From positions 30,419 through 94,418 of the forward strand of contig JAFVTS010000010.1 of the NCBI GenBank assembly GCA_017503105.1: a stretch of DNA of 64,000 bases, given 5' to 3'. Position numbers and translations under genes: made by a program. This DNA comes from Clostridia bacterium (GTDB lineage: Bacteria > Bacillota > Clostridia > Oscillospirales > CAG-272). Shown here piece by piece: positions 31,481-41,260 of this stretch. Under the pieces are notes generated by a model that was not told the DNA's origin, did no database searches, and saw only the letters and a list, made by a program, of their open reading frames with translations. Position 1 is the first letter of the stretch. The number at the start of each line of letters is the position of its first letter.

Positions 31481-31933
31481 ATGTTGAATACATACCGACT
31501 ACAAAAAAGTTTTGTAAAAGCAATAATCGTTATTGGAATTGGTCTATTTATGCTTTGTAATTTGTTTTCTTGTGCAGGACTTTCAGACTGGGAATACGAG
31601 CTCCCCCAAGGATACTGTATAATAAGGGTAAATTCATGTGATATTCACATCGGATCAAATAACGGTGTTAAAGTTGACCGCTTTATAGTGAGTTTTTGCT
31701 ATAATGACAGATATGTTTGTGCAAAACGTGTTGAAGTTTCTGAAAACGATAGTTATGATGATATAATGTCTATGGTTCCTGATGATGCATTTTATTGTAT
31801 AGTTGATACTATAACGAATAAGGTATACGATCGATTAAATACCAAACAGTTCGAAGAGTTGTGTACCGAACTTGAAGTTTATAATCTGTGCGATTGGATT
31901 GATACCACAACAAAGCCCGATGGCGCAAAATAA
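31481..31933 (+). CDS. DUF3997-like lipoprotein (candidate immunity protein)
   Basis: LFSCAGLSDWEYELPQGYCIIRVNS...FYCIVDT...WIDT pattern; lipobox. Confidence 0.65.
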   Translation: MLNTYRLQKSFVKAIIVIGIGLFMLCNLFSCAGLSDWEYELPQGYCIIRVNSCDIHIGSNNGVKVDRFIVSFCYNDRYVCAKRVEVSENDSYDDIMSMVPDDAFYCIVDTITNKVYDRLNTKQFEELCTELEVYNLCDWIDTTTKPDGAK

Positions 31934-31975
31934 CCCAAATGTTGATGTTTCATTATTATAACTACGGAGTGACAT

Positions 31976-32476
31976 ATGAAAAAAACGAAAAAAATTGTAG
32001 GTTTATTGCTTTTATGCTCAATCTTGTTTTTAAGTTCTTGCGAAAATCCTATCATTTACGAACGACAACCGCAAAGATTTCCGGGATCAAAATGGAAGAC
32101 AGAAAATGGAGAAATTTCTTTTGTTGTTGAAGCAATCCATTTGCCGCTTCCTCAATTAGCAGGAACTAACGGATATGGCGATGATCCTAATGTTTATTAT
32201 TTTGCACAAGGCGAGGTTAATGTAAACGGCGAGAAAATAGGTGTATATTTTGAAAATTTTGCCGGCTCATATGATGTATGCATCATTTCGAAAGAAATAG
32301 AAGAACTTGCTAAAACAACTACAGAATATCTTCATCCCGGAGGGGGAGAAGAGGCAAAATATGTAATTGCTTGGATTGATTGTAATTATAAAAGCAAGAA
32401 ACGTTTTGATGCTGTAGTGACAGAAAGCAAATATTTTAATGTTGGAGAAAAATTCGTCTTTAGGCGAGTCGATTAA
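31976..32476 (+). CDS. Hypothetical lipoprotein (candidate immunity protein)
   Basis: MKKTKKIVGLLLLCSILFLSSC lipobox; GGAG RBS. Confidence 0.75.
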   Translation: MKKTKKIVGLLLLCSILFLSSCENPIIYERQPQRFPGSKWKTENGEISFVVEAIHLPLPQLAGTNGYGDDPNVYYFAQGEVNVNGEKIGVYFENFAGSYDVCIISKEIEELAKTTTEYLHPGGGEEAKYVIAWIDCNYKSKKRFDAVVTESKYFNVGEKFVFRRVD

Positions 32477-32494
32477 CAAGCGGATTCCGTCGCC

Positions 32495-32638
32495 CTCGGG
32501 CGTAGCTTTGCGCTCTGTACTTTATGCTTGCAAAGCACGCCTGCCGCAGAAGCTTTAAAGCTTTGGATTTTATTTTTGGCTTTGTTTTTGAATGGACAAT
32601 AAAAGATGATAATGGTGATGATCATTTAGTAAAAATCA
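32495..32638 (+). repeat. Partial repeat copy fused to an exact 54-bp duplicate from the 5' end of the 30874 gene
   Basis: 32499-32590 aligns with 30466-30557; 32585-32638 is identical to 30887-30940. Confidence 0.88.
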
Positions 32639-32738
32639 GCGAAGCATGCAGATATTAATCCTGGAGATCAAGGAAAATCATGGCGGCAGTTTTTGTTAGC
32701 TGGTGCGTTCGGAAAATATTATAATTACGGAGTGACAT

Positions 32739-33398
32739 ATGAGTAAAACCAAAAAAATCATACTATTTATTATAACTATTGTCGTTGTTGCGATTGTAAC
32801 AGCTTGCTCTTCTTTCTTATATATTTTTGTCAATTCTTCTGACGTATCAACTATTGGCAGGATAGAACACGATCAAAATAGGTTCAAGCAAGAACTTATA
32901 AGTGAAGGTGTATTGGACGAAGAGAGTTTCACATCGTGGATCTCTGCCGATTGGACGTATGAATACGGTACTTTGAAAATTGAAAAAAATGATTTGGTTG
33001 CTACCCTTTACATTGAGGCTCATGTAGATGAGTATATTGTTGATCTTTCATTTTTAAAAAATAGCAGTGCTGAAATAACAAATGAAGATAAGCTATTTGT
33101 TACGCAAGTTATCGAATGCGCAAAAGTTGTTTTTGAAAACGATAAGTTTTCTGCAGATATGCTTGAAGCAAAATATGATAAAGGCTATTTGATAGAAAAC
33201 TTTGATTCGAATTGCGTTCAAGAAGAATCGTTCAAAGCTTGCTACTTGAAGGTGCTTAATGATGATTCCGCGTTGGAAAGTGCCCCTGTGTATTACAAGT
33301 ATAAAACCGTAATGCATACCGATAAGATCGTTCTTAAAGAATGTTCTATTCAATATACCCAAAAGGTGTCAGAGGACTTTTATGAGGAGGTGAACTGA
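32739..33398 (+). CDS. Hypothetical membrane-anchored protein
   Basis: N-terminal TM/signal segment; AT-rich; shares a ~25-bp upstream segment with the 31976 gene. Confidence 0.75.
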   Translation: MSKTKKIILFIITIVVVAIVTACSSFLYIFVNSSDVSTIGRIEHDQNRFKQELISEGVLDEESFTSWISADWTYEYGTLKIEKNDLVATLYIEAHVDEYIVDLSFLKNSSAEITNEDKLFVTQVIECAKVVFENDKFSADMLEAKYDKGYLIENFDSNCVQEESFKACYLKVLNDDSALESAPVYYKYKTVMHTDKIVLKECSIQYTQKVSEDFYEEVN

Positions 33399-33400
33399 AA

Positions 33401-34030
33401 ATGAAATTGTTTAAAAACATTTTTATTTTTCTCCTCGCAGGTATTATAGGAGTAATTGGCGGTTTTAGCATTGCCGTTGGGGTAGTATCTTATTCGGGTG
33501 AATATTCGAAGGTAAACGAATATTCAAAAAAATCCAAAGCAGAGCTTAAAGAGCTTTCGGATTTGTTTGCTTCGTCGGGTTACAGTGTGTCAGATATTTC
33601 TACTGATGATGAGAAACATATGATTTTCCTCGTATCATCGGGCGAAAAAAGCATTGATATAAGTTCCGCCAATTTAAACGCAAACGTGGCGGTCACTTAT
33701 AATTCGGATGGAAGGTCGGTCGAAGTTCGTTTCATTGATAAAATGAGCTCTGAAAGTGAAGCTAATATAACAATTTCCGGATATAAAGGTCTCTTGAGTT
33801 TACTTGATACCTTTTATGATGCTAAGGACTTCACTAAGCTGCTTGAACTTTTTGATGCAAGTAAGCTAACGTATGGTAGTAATAGTGTATATGAAATTTC
33901 TGTTCCTACCGATGCTTATAAAAATTATCGCAATTCGGAAGCTGTAACGGTAAGATACGAACTTCAAAAATCCGATACCGGTTATAGTTTGCTGTCTTCT
34001 GTTTCCGTTCAACTGCCGACAGAAAGTTAA
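33401..34030 (+). CDS. Hypothetical membrane-anchored protein
   Basis: N-terminal TM; GAGGAGGTG RBS; followed by hairpin GCCCGAGAGC-CCCGT-GCTCTCGGGT. Confidence 0.75.
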   Translation: MKLFKNIFIFLLAGIIGVIGGFSIAVGVVSYSGEYSKVNEYSKKSKAELKELSDLFASSGYSVSDISTDDEKHMIFLVSSGEKSIDISSANLNANVAVTYNSDGRSVEVRFIDKMSSESEANITISGYKGLLSLLDTFYDAKDFTKLLELFDASKLTYGSNSVYEISVPTDAYKNYRNSEAVTVRYELQKSDTGYSLLSSVSVQLPTES

Positions 34031-34147
34031 ACGGTTAGTTTAGTGCCCGAGAGCCCCGTGCTCTCGGGTGCTTAAATTTCATCGAACGCTTTCCCGTTTT
34101 TTATGAAGGTGCGTTTTTTCGTTTTTCTTCAAAATGCATTTTTCCTC

Positions 34148-34176
34148 TTGACATTTGCCTTCCTATGTGTTATAAT
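34148..34176 (+). promoter_or_regulatory. pyr operon sigma-A promoter
   Basis: TTGACA-17 bp-TATAAT. Confidence 0.8.
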
Positions 34177-34189
34177 ATTAAAAAATAAA

Positions 34190-34305
34190 ATCTTTAATTC
34201 GGTACAGAGATGCCGACAAGGTTTTCTACAAAACGGACGCGCCCTTGCTTGTCGAGGGGGCGGTATTTTGCGGAATCTTGCTCGGAGCGAGGTTCTTTTT
34301 TTTGC
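34190..34305 (+). promoter_or_regulatory. PyrR-binding loop and attenuator
   Basis: CTTTAA..GGTA-CAGAGA-TGCC..AAGG matches the PyrR binding-loop layout; downstream hairpins with T tracts (CGCCCTT..GAGGGGGCG; GAATCTTGCTC..GAGCGAGGTTCTTTTTTT). Confidence 0.8.
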
Positions 34306-34426
34306 AATTTCGCGGTTGTTTTGAGTGCTTTTTTGTCGAAGCTTATCGTCCTTGTACCGTTTCGCGTTATGTTTTTATAATGTAATCGCGGCGTATTTTT
34401 TATAATAATTAGGAAGGAAGACCGAT

Positions 34427-35686
34427 ATGAAAATCATTTTTAAAGATGCGCTCATATACGATGGCGGAGTTATGAAAAAGCAGTCCGTGCTTTTTGACGG
34501 TACCGCTCTTTGTGCTTTTGATTTTGCCGCTGATTCTATCGGCTGTGCCCGTATTTTCGAAAATACAGTTATTCTTCCCGGTTTCTGTGATGTGCACGTG
34601 CATTTCAGAGAGCCGGGTTTTTCTTATAAAGAAACGATGGAGTCAGGAACTCGCGCGGCTGCCGCGGGCGGTTACACCGCAGTATGCACTATGCCGAATC
34701 TCTCGCCCACGCCCGACACGAGGGAGCATCTCGACGAGCAGCTTGAGGCGATAAGGCGCGCGGGCGGCATCACCGTCATTCCTTACGGCACCATAACCAA
34801 AGCCGAGGCGGGTGAGGAGCTCTCCGATATGGCGGATATGGCGAAGGACGTTGCGGGCTTTTCCGACGACGGACGCGGTGTGCAGAGCGAGGAGATGATG
34901 GAGGCGGCAATGCGCCTTGCGAAATCTCTCGGCAAGCCCATCGTCGCGCACTGCGAGGACAACTCGCTTCTTCGCGGCGGCTATATTCACGACGGCGAAT
35001 ACGCGGCGGCACACGGTCACAGAGGAATTTGCTCCGAGAGCGAGTGGGGACCCATCGCAAGAGATATAGAGCTTGTGAAAAAGACGGGCTGCGCGTACCA
35101 CGTGTGCCATATTTCAACGAAAGAGAGCGTCGATATAATCAGGCGCGCAAAAGCCGAGGGCGTAGACGTCAGCTGCGAGACGGGACCGCACTACCTTACC
35201 CTTGACGACTCGTGCCTTCTTGAGGACGGCAGGTTTAAGATGAATCCGCCTCTTCGCGCGGCGGAGGACAGGGAAGCGCTCGTCGCGGGGCTTCTTGACG
35301 GGACTGTTGATATGATAGCGACGGACCACGCGCCGCACTCGGCTGAGGAAAAGTCGCGCGGGCTTGAAAAGAGCCTGATGGGCGTCGTCGGACTTGAAAC
35401 GGCGTTCCCCGTTCTCTACACCAAGCTCGTAAAGCCCGGGGTGATAAGCCTTGAGGCACTTGCGGAGCTTATGTCGAAAAAGCCGAGAGAGCGCTTCGGC
35501 ATCACGTCGGACGCGGGCTTTACCGTCTTTGACGTCGGGGAAGAGTACGAGGTCGACCCCGAAAAGTTCCTTTCCAAGGGCAAGAGCACACCGTTTGCGG
35601 GAATGCGGGTCTTTGGAAAATGTCTTGCGACCGTCACGGGCGGCAGGGCTGTGTATTTAGATGAAAAAATAATAAAAAATATATAA
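34427..35686 (+). CDS. pyrC: Dihydroorotase
   Basis: PGFCDVHVHFREPG, AHCED, YHVCHIST, KMNPPLR, IATDHAPH. Confidence 0.96.
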   Translation: MKIIFKDALIYDGGVMKKQSVLFDGTALCAFDFAADSIGCARIFENTVILPGFCDVHVHFREPGFSYKETMESGTRAAAAGGYTAVCTMPNLSPTPDTREHLDEQLEAIRRAGGITVIPYGTITKAEAGEELSDMADMAKDVAGFSDDGRGVQSEEMMEAAMRLAKSLGKPIVAHCEDNSLLRGGYIHDGEYAAAHGHRGICSESEWGPIARDIELVKKTGCAYHVCHISTKESVDIIRRAKAEGVDVSCETGPHYLTLDDSCLLEDGRFKMNPPLRAAEDREALVAGLLDGTVDMIATDHAPHSAEEKSRGLEKSLMGVVGLETAFPVLYTKLVKPGVISLEALAELMSKKPRERFGITSDAGFTVFDVGEEYEVDPEKFLSKGKSTPFAGMRVFGKCLATVTGGRAVYLDEKIIKNI

Positions 35687-35705
35687 CAAAACGGAGGAAG
35701 AAAAA

Positions 35706-38700
35706 ATGAGCAAACGCAAGGATCTGAAAAGAATTATGATAATCGGCTCGGGCCCCATCGTCATCGGACAGGCGGCTGAGTTCGACTACGCCGGCACGCA
35801 GGCGTGCCTCGCTCTTAAAGAGGAGGGCTACGAGGTAATTCTCGTAAACTCCAACCCCGCCACCATAATGACGGACACCACCATAGCGGACAAGGTATAT
35901 ATGGAGCCTCTGACGCTTGAATATATCGCGAAGATAATAAGATACGAGCGCCCCGACGCCATAGTTCCCGGCATCGGCGGACAGACGGGTCTTAATATGG
36001 CTATGCTTCTTGAGAAGAAGGGCGTACTTAAGGAAAGCGGCGTTGAGCTTCTCGGAACGTCCTCGGAAAGTATCGAGCGCGCAGAGGACAGAGAGCTCTT
36101 CAAGGAGCTTTGCGAGTCTATCGGCGAGCCCGTTATCCCCTCCGATATAGCGAATACGGTGGAGCAGGCTGTTGCGGTTGCGGAGAAGATCGGCTTCCCC
36201 GTAGTTCTTCGTCCCGCCTTCACCCTCGGCGGCACGGGCGGCGGCTTTGCTTACGATCTTAAGGAATTGAAGGAGATTGCAAAGGACGCGCTCTCCGCAT
36301 CCCCCGTTCACCAGGTTCTCGTTGAGAAGAGCGTGCGCGGCTTCAAGGAGATAGAGTTTGAGGTTATGCGCGACAGCGCAAATAACGCCATCACCATCTG
36401 CGGAATGGAGAACATAGACCCCGTCGGCGTCCACACGGGCGACAGTATGGTCGTTGCTCCCATTATGACTCTTAACGACCACGACCTGAAGATGCTCAAC
36501 GATTCCGCGATAAAGCTCATAAAGGAGCTTAAGATAGAGGGCGGCTGTAACGTTCAGTTCGCGCTCAATCCCACCTCTTCCGAATATTATCTTATAGAAG
36601 TAAACCCGAGAGTTTCAAGAAGCTCCGCTCTTGCGTCCAAGGCGTCGGGCTATCCGATAGCGAGAGTTACGGCGAAAATAGCCGTCGGTATGACCCTTGA
36701 CGAGATAGAGGTAGCGGGCACGAAGGCGTCCTTTGAGCCGAGCCTTGACTACATCGTAGCGAAATTCCCGCGTTTCCCCTTTGACAAATTCACCTCCGTT
36801 CCCAATAAGCTCGGCACTCAGATGAAGGCGACGGGCGAGTGTATGGGCATCGGCTCAAACCTTGAGGAGTGCGTGCTCAAGTCGGTAAGATCGCTTGAGA
36901 TCGGCGTTTGCCACCTTCATATGGCGAAGTTTGACAAGAAGACCGATAAGGAAATGCTTTCGTATCTTGAGGAGTTCCACGACGATAACGCCTTCGTCAT
37001 CACCGAGCTGCTTCGCCGCGGCCACACGGTCGAGGAGCTTCACAAGATCACTATGATAACACCCTTCTTCCTTGAGTCATTCAAGAAGATCACGGATATG
37101 GAAAAGACCCTCTCCGAGAACAAGGAGAACGTCGAGGTTCTTAAGACTGCGAAGAAGATGGGCTTCTCCGACAAGTATATCGCGAAGCTCTGGGGCACCT
37201 CGGAGATCTGCGTTGCCGATTTCAGAAAGAAGGCGGGCATCACTCCCGTATTCAAAATGGTTGACACGGCACACGTCGGAGCTTATATACCCTACTTCTA
37301 TTCCTCCTACTCGGATGAGAACAAGTCCATCCTTACCGACAGAAAGAAGGTCATCGTTCTCGGCGCGGGTCCCATCCGTATCGGACAGGGCGTTGAGTTC
37401 GACTATTCTACCGTTCACGCGGTAAATACCATACGCAACTCGGGCTACGAGGCTATAATCATAAACAACAACCCCGAGACCGTTTCGACCGACTACACCT
37501 GCTCGGACAAGCTCTATTTCGAGCCCCTTACAACCGAGGACGTAATGAGCGTTATCGAGTTTGAAAAGCCCGAGGGCGTCATCGCTTCCCTTGGCGGTCA
37601 GACCGCTATAAACCTCGCGGCGCCTCTTGCTGAGCGCGGTGTAAAGATCATCGGCACCGATTGCGAGGCGATAGACAGAGCGGAGAACCGCGACGCCTTT
37701 GAGAAGATCCTTGAGGAGCTCAACATCCCTCAGCCGAAGGGTCAGGCGGTAACGAAGATAGAGGACGGCGTTAAGGTTGCCGAGAGGATAGGCTACCCCG
37801 TTCTCGTTCGTCCCTCCTTCGTCCTCGGAGGAAGAGCTATGCAGCTCGTCGGAAACGAAAAGCAGCTCCGCCACTACCTGAGAACCGCGGTTGAGATAGA
37901 CGAGGACAAGCCCGTTCTCGTTGACCACTACATTCAGGGCAAGGAGGTCGAGGTCGACGCCATCTGCGACGGACAGGACGTCTTCGTCGCGGGTATTATG
38001 GAGCTCGTTGAGCGCACGGGCGTTCACTCGGGTGACTCCATCAGCGTTTATCCCTCCTTCTCGATTTCGGACAAGGTAAAGGGCAAGATACTTTCTTATT
38101 CAAAGATGCTCGGTCTTGGTATCGGCATTATCGGTCTTTTCAACATTCAGTTCATCGTTGATGACAAGGAAGACGTTTATATCATAGAGGTCAACCCCCG
38201 TTCTTCAAGAACCGTTCCCTTCCTCTCGAAGTCCACGGGCTACAGCCTTGCGGACATTGCGACCGAGGTCATCCTCGGCAAGTCCTTGAAGGAGCTCGGC
38301 ATCTTCACCCTCTATCCCGAGGAGAAGAAGAGATGGTACTGCAAGGTGCCCGTATTCTCCTACAAGAAGATCAACGGCATCGACGCTTACCTCTCACCCG
38401 AGATGAAGTCCACGGGCGAGGCTATCGGCTACGACGACGACCTTAACCGCGCGTTCTACAAGGCTCTTCAGGCGTCGGGTATGACGGTGCAGAACTACGG
38501 CACGGTGCTCGTCACAATCGCAGACGCGGACAAGCCCGAGGCCCTTCCGCTCATCCGCCGTTTCTATAACCTCGGCTTTAATATCGAGGCAACCGAGGGC
38601 ACGGCGAAGTTCCTTAAGGATAACGGCATCAGAACGAGAGTTAAGCAGAAGATCGGCGAGGGCTCGGACGACATTCCCGAATCGATAAGGGCAGGGCACA

Positions 38701-38879
38701 TTGCTTACGTCATAAACACGAGCGACATCGGCTCCTCCGATCAGCAGAAGGACGGCTACGAGATAAGAAAGCTCGCCGTCGAAACCAACACCACGATGTT
38801 TACATCCCTTGACACGGTAAGAGTTCTTCTTGACGTGCTTGAGGATATAACCATCACTATCTCTACCATCGACGCGTAA
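35706..38879 (+). CDS. carB: Carbamoyl-phosphate synthase large subunit
   Basis: GSGPIVIGQAAEFDYAG, duplicated ATP-grasp halves (IEVNPRVSRS, IEVNPRSSRT), MGS-like C-terminus. Confidence 0.98.
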   Translation: MSKRKDLKRIMIIGSGPIVIGQAAEFDYAGTQACLALKEEGYEVILVNSNPATIMTDTTIADKVYMEPLTLEYIAKIIRYERPDAIVPGIGGQTGLNMAMLLEKKGVLKESGVELLGTSSESIERAEDRELFKELCESIGEPVIPSDIANTVEQAVAVAEKIGFPVVLRPAFTLGGTGGGFAYDLKELKEIAKDALSASPVHQVLVEKSVRGFKEIEFEVMRDSANNAITICGMENIDPVGVHTGDSMVVAPIMTLNDHDLKMLNDSAIKLIKELKIEGGCNVQFALNPTSSEYYLIEVNPRVSRSSALASKASGYPIARVTAKIAVGMTLDEIEVAGTKASFEPSLDYIVAKFPRFPFDKFTSVPNKLGTQMKATGECMGIGSNLEECVLKSVRSLEIGVCHLHMAKFDKKTDKEMLSYLEEFHDDNAFVITELLRRGHTVEELHKITMITPFFLESFKKITDMEKTLSENKENVEVLKTAKKMGFSDKYIAKLWGTSEICVADFRKKAGITPVFKMVDTAHVGAYIPYFYSSYSDENKSILTDRKKVIVLGAGPIRIGQGVEFDYSTVHAVNTIRNSGYEAIIINNNPETVSTDYTCSDKLYFEPLTTEDVMSVIEFEKPEGVIASLGGQTAINLAAPLAERGVKIIGTDCEAIDRAENRDAFEKILEELNIPQPKGQAVTKIEDGVKVAERIGYPVLVRPSFVLGGRAMQLVGNEKQLRHYLRTAVEIDEDKPVLVDHYIQGKEVEVDAICDGQDVFVAGIMELVERTGVHSGDSISVYPSFSISDKVKGKILSYSKMLGLGIGIIGLFNIQFIVDDKEDVYIIEVNPRSSRTVPFLSKSTGYSLADIATEVILGKSLKELGIFTLYPEEKKRWYCKVPVFSYKKINGIDAYLSPEMKSTGEAIGYDDDLNRAFYKALQASGMTVQNYGTVLVTIADADKPEALPLIRRFYNLGFNIEATEGTAKFLKDNGIRTRVKQKIGEGSDDIPESIRAGHIAYVINTSDIGSSDQQKDGYEIRKLAVETNTTMFTSLDTVRVLLDVLEDITITISTIDA

Positions 38880-38890
38880 AGGAGAACGGT

Positions 38891-39625
38891 TTGATGAAGG
38901 ACTCCGTTTTTAAGGTTCTTACAAACAAAAAAATAGCAAAAAACACTTATGAAATGACTCTCAGGGGCGACGTGAGCGACATCAGCGCCCCGGGTCAGTT
39001 CGTGAACGTAAAGCTTGACGGCTTTTATCTTCGCCGTCCGATTTCCGTGTGTAACGTAGAGGGTGACGTTCTCACTCTCATATATAAGGCGGTAGGACGC
39101 GGAACGGAGCTTATGGCAGAGATGACGGGCGGCGAGGAGCTTCTTACCCTTACGGGTCTTGGCAACGGTTATGACACGAAAAAGAGCGGAGATAAGCCTC
39201 TTCTTGTCGGCGGTGGCGCAGGCGTGCCTCCTATGTACCTTCTTTGCCGAGAGCTCGTAAAGGAGGGCAAGCATCCGACGGTCATTCTCGGCTTCGGCTC
39301 TTCTGACGAGGTCTTTTACGAGGATGAGTTTAAGGCTCTCGGCGCAGAGGTCATAGTCACTACCGTCGACGGCTCTTACGGAATAAAGGGCTTCGTTACC
39401 GACGCGTTTTCGGGTCTTTCTCCGACGTACTTCTACACCTGCGGTCCTGAGCCAATGCTGAAGGCTGTGTACGATAAGTCGGAATGCTCGGGCAGCTTCT
39501 CATTCGAGGAGCGTATGGGATGCGGCTTCGGCGCTTGTATGGGCTGCTCTTGCAAAACGAAATACGGAAACAAGCGCATCTGCCGCGACGGCCCCGTGCT
39601 TGAAAAGGAGGAGATAATATGGTAA
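38891..39625 (+). CDS. pyrK: Dihydroorotate dehydrogenase electron transfer subunit
   Basis: PGQFV, LRRPIS, GGGAGVPP, EERMGCGFGACMGC...CRDGPV [2Fe-2S]. Confidence 0.96.
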   Translation: MMKDSVFKVLTNKKIAKNTYEMTLRGDVSDISAPGQFVNVKLDGFYLRRPISVCNVEGDVLTLIYKAVGRGTELMAEMTGGEELLTLTGLGNGYDTKKSGDKPLLVGGGAGVPPMYLLCRELVKEGKHPTVILGFGSSDEVFYEDEFKALGAEVIVTTVDGSYGIKGFVTDAFSGLSPTYFYTCGPEPMLKAVYDKSECSGSFSFEERMGCGFGACMGCSCKTKYGNKRICRDGPVLEKEEIIW

Positions 39626-40530
39626 ACACTAAAGTAACCCTCTGCGGCGTTGAAATAGACAACCCGATAATCCCCGCGAGCGGCACGTTCGGCTTCGGCT
39701 ACGAGTTCGCGGAGCTTTACGACATCAATGTTTTAGGCTCTCTTTCCTTTAAGGGAACGACTCTTGAGCCGAGATTCGGCAACCCCACCCCGAGGATCGC
39801 CGAGTGCCCCGAGGGAATGCTCAACGCCGTCGGTCTTCAGAACCCCGGTGTTGACAAGGTGAAGGAGTGCGAGCTCCCGAAGCTGCGTGAGGTCTTTCAT
39901 AAGCCCGTAATGGCAAACGTATCGGGATTCTCGGAGTACGAGTACGTCACCACGGTAGAAAAGCTCGATTCCGAGCCCGACATCGCGTGGTTTGAGGTCA
40001 ACATCTCCTGCCCCAACGTTCACGGAGGCGGAATGAGCTTCGGAACCTCGTGCCAGAGCGCGGAGGCTATCACGAGGGCTGTAAGGCGCGTCACGAAAAA
40101 GCCTCTTATAATCAAGCTCTCGCCGAACGTCACGGACATCGTATCCATCGCAAAGGCGTGCGAGGCGGGCGGAGCTGACGGTATCAGTCTTATAAACACT
40201 CTTCTCGGTATGAGAATAGATCTGAAGAAAAGACGTCCCATACTCGCCAATACGACAGGCGGCTACTCTGGTCCCGCGGTTCTTCCCGTCGCGGTAAGAA
40301 TGGTATATCAGGTATACGATGCGGTGAAGATTCCTCTCGTGGGAATGGGCGGCGTGTCGCGTGCTGAGGACGTTATAGAATTTATGCTCGCAGGAGCAAC
40401 GGCGGTCGAGGTCGGCGCGGCAAATCTCGTCGATCCCTTCGCCTCTAAAAAGATAATCGACGAGCTTCCCCTCGTTATGGAGAAGTACGGAATAAAAAAT
40501 CTTAGTGAAATAATAGGAGGAGCGCACTGA
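39619..40530 (+). CDS. pyrD: Dihydroorotate dehydrogenase 1B catalytic subunit
   Basis: [34 protein letters not shown]. Confidence 0.97.
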   Translation: MVNTKVTLCGVEIDNPIIPASGTFGFGYEFAELYDINVLGSLSFKGTTLEPRFGNPTPRIAECPEGMLNAVGLQNPGVDKVKECELPKLREVFHKPVMANVSGFSEYEYVTTVEKLDSEPDIAWFEVNISCPNVHGGGMSFGTSCQSAEAITRAVRRVTKKPLIIKLSPNVTDIVSIAKACEAGGADGISLINTLLGMRIDLKKRRPILANTTGGYSGPAVLPVAVRMVYQVYDAVKIPLVGMGGVSRAEDVIEFMLAGATAVEVGAANLVDPFASKKIIDELPLVMEKYGIKNLSEIIGGAH

Positions 40531-41228
40531 TGGGACGCGACGTTATAATTGCTTGTGATTTTGCAAGCGCAGAGGATACCTTTAAGTTTCTTGACAAATT
40601 CGAGGGAAAGAAGCCGTTCGTAAAGATCGGAATGGAGCTTTACTACGCTGAGGGTCCCTCTATCGTAAAGGAGATAAAGAAGAGAGGGCATAAAATATTC
40701 CTTGATCTTAAGCTCCACGACATTCCCAACACCGTTAAAAAGGCGATGGCGGTTCTTTCGAATCTTGACGTTGATATGACCAACCTCCACGCGAGCGGCA
40801 CTAAGAGAATGATGGAGGCGGCAATCGAGGGCCTGACGAAGCCCGACGGCACTCGCCCCATTCTTATCGCTGTAACCCAGCTCACCTCCACCGACCAAGA
40901 GAGTATGGAAAACGATCTTCTTATAAAAGAACCCATTGACAAAGTAGTTATGCACTACGCGTCATGTGCGAAGGCTGCGGGGCTCGACGGCGTCGTTTGC
41001 TCACCCCTTGAGGCGGGCAAGGTTCACGACACCTGCGGCAAGGACTTCGTTACCGTTACCCCCGGCGTCAGATTCGCTGACGGTGACAAGGGCGACCAGA
41101 AGAGAGTTATGACTCCCGAGGAGGCAAAGAAGATAGGCTCCGATTACATCGTCGTCGGCAGACCTATAACAGCGGCTGAGGATCCCGTCGCGGCATACGA
41201 AAGATGCTGCCGTGAGTTCATCGGCTAA
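40530..41228 (+). CDS. pyrF: Orotidine-5'-phosphate decarboxylase
   Basis: [30 protein letters not shown]. Confidence 0.97.
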   Translation: MGRDVIIACDFASAEDTFKFLDKFEGKKPFVKIGMELYYAEGPSIVKEIKKRGHKIFLDLKLHDIPNTVKKAMAVLSNLDVDMTNLHASGTKRMMEAAIEGLTKPDGTRPILIAVTQLTSTDQESMENDLLIKEPIDKVVMHYASCAKAAGLDGVVCSPLEAGKVHDTCGKDFVTVTPGVRFADGDKGDQKRVMTPEEAKKIGSDYIVVGRPITAAEDPVAAYERCCREFIG

Positions 41229-41260
41229 TAAAAGATCAAACGTATGAGGAGATAAGAAAA

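Noticed and set aside
31939-32130. 63-aa ORF overlapping the 31976 lipoprotein gene
   Set aside because: Alternative frame carrying only the YYNYGVTYE junction relic; the lipoprotein frame has the RBS and lipobox.
29321-32638. Classical integron with attC sites
   Set aside because: No tyrosine integrase in the window and no clear RYYYAAC/GTTRRRY-bounded sites; kept only as an analogy.
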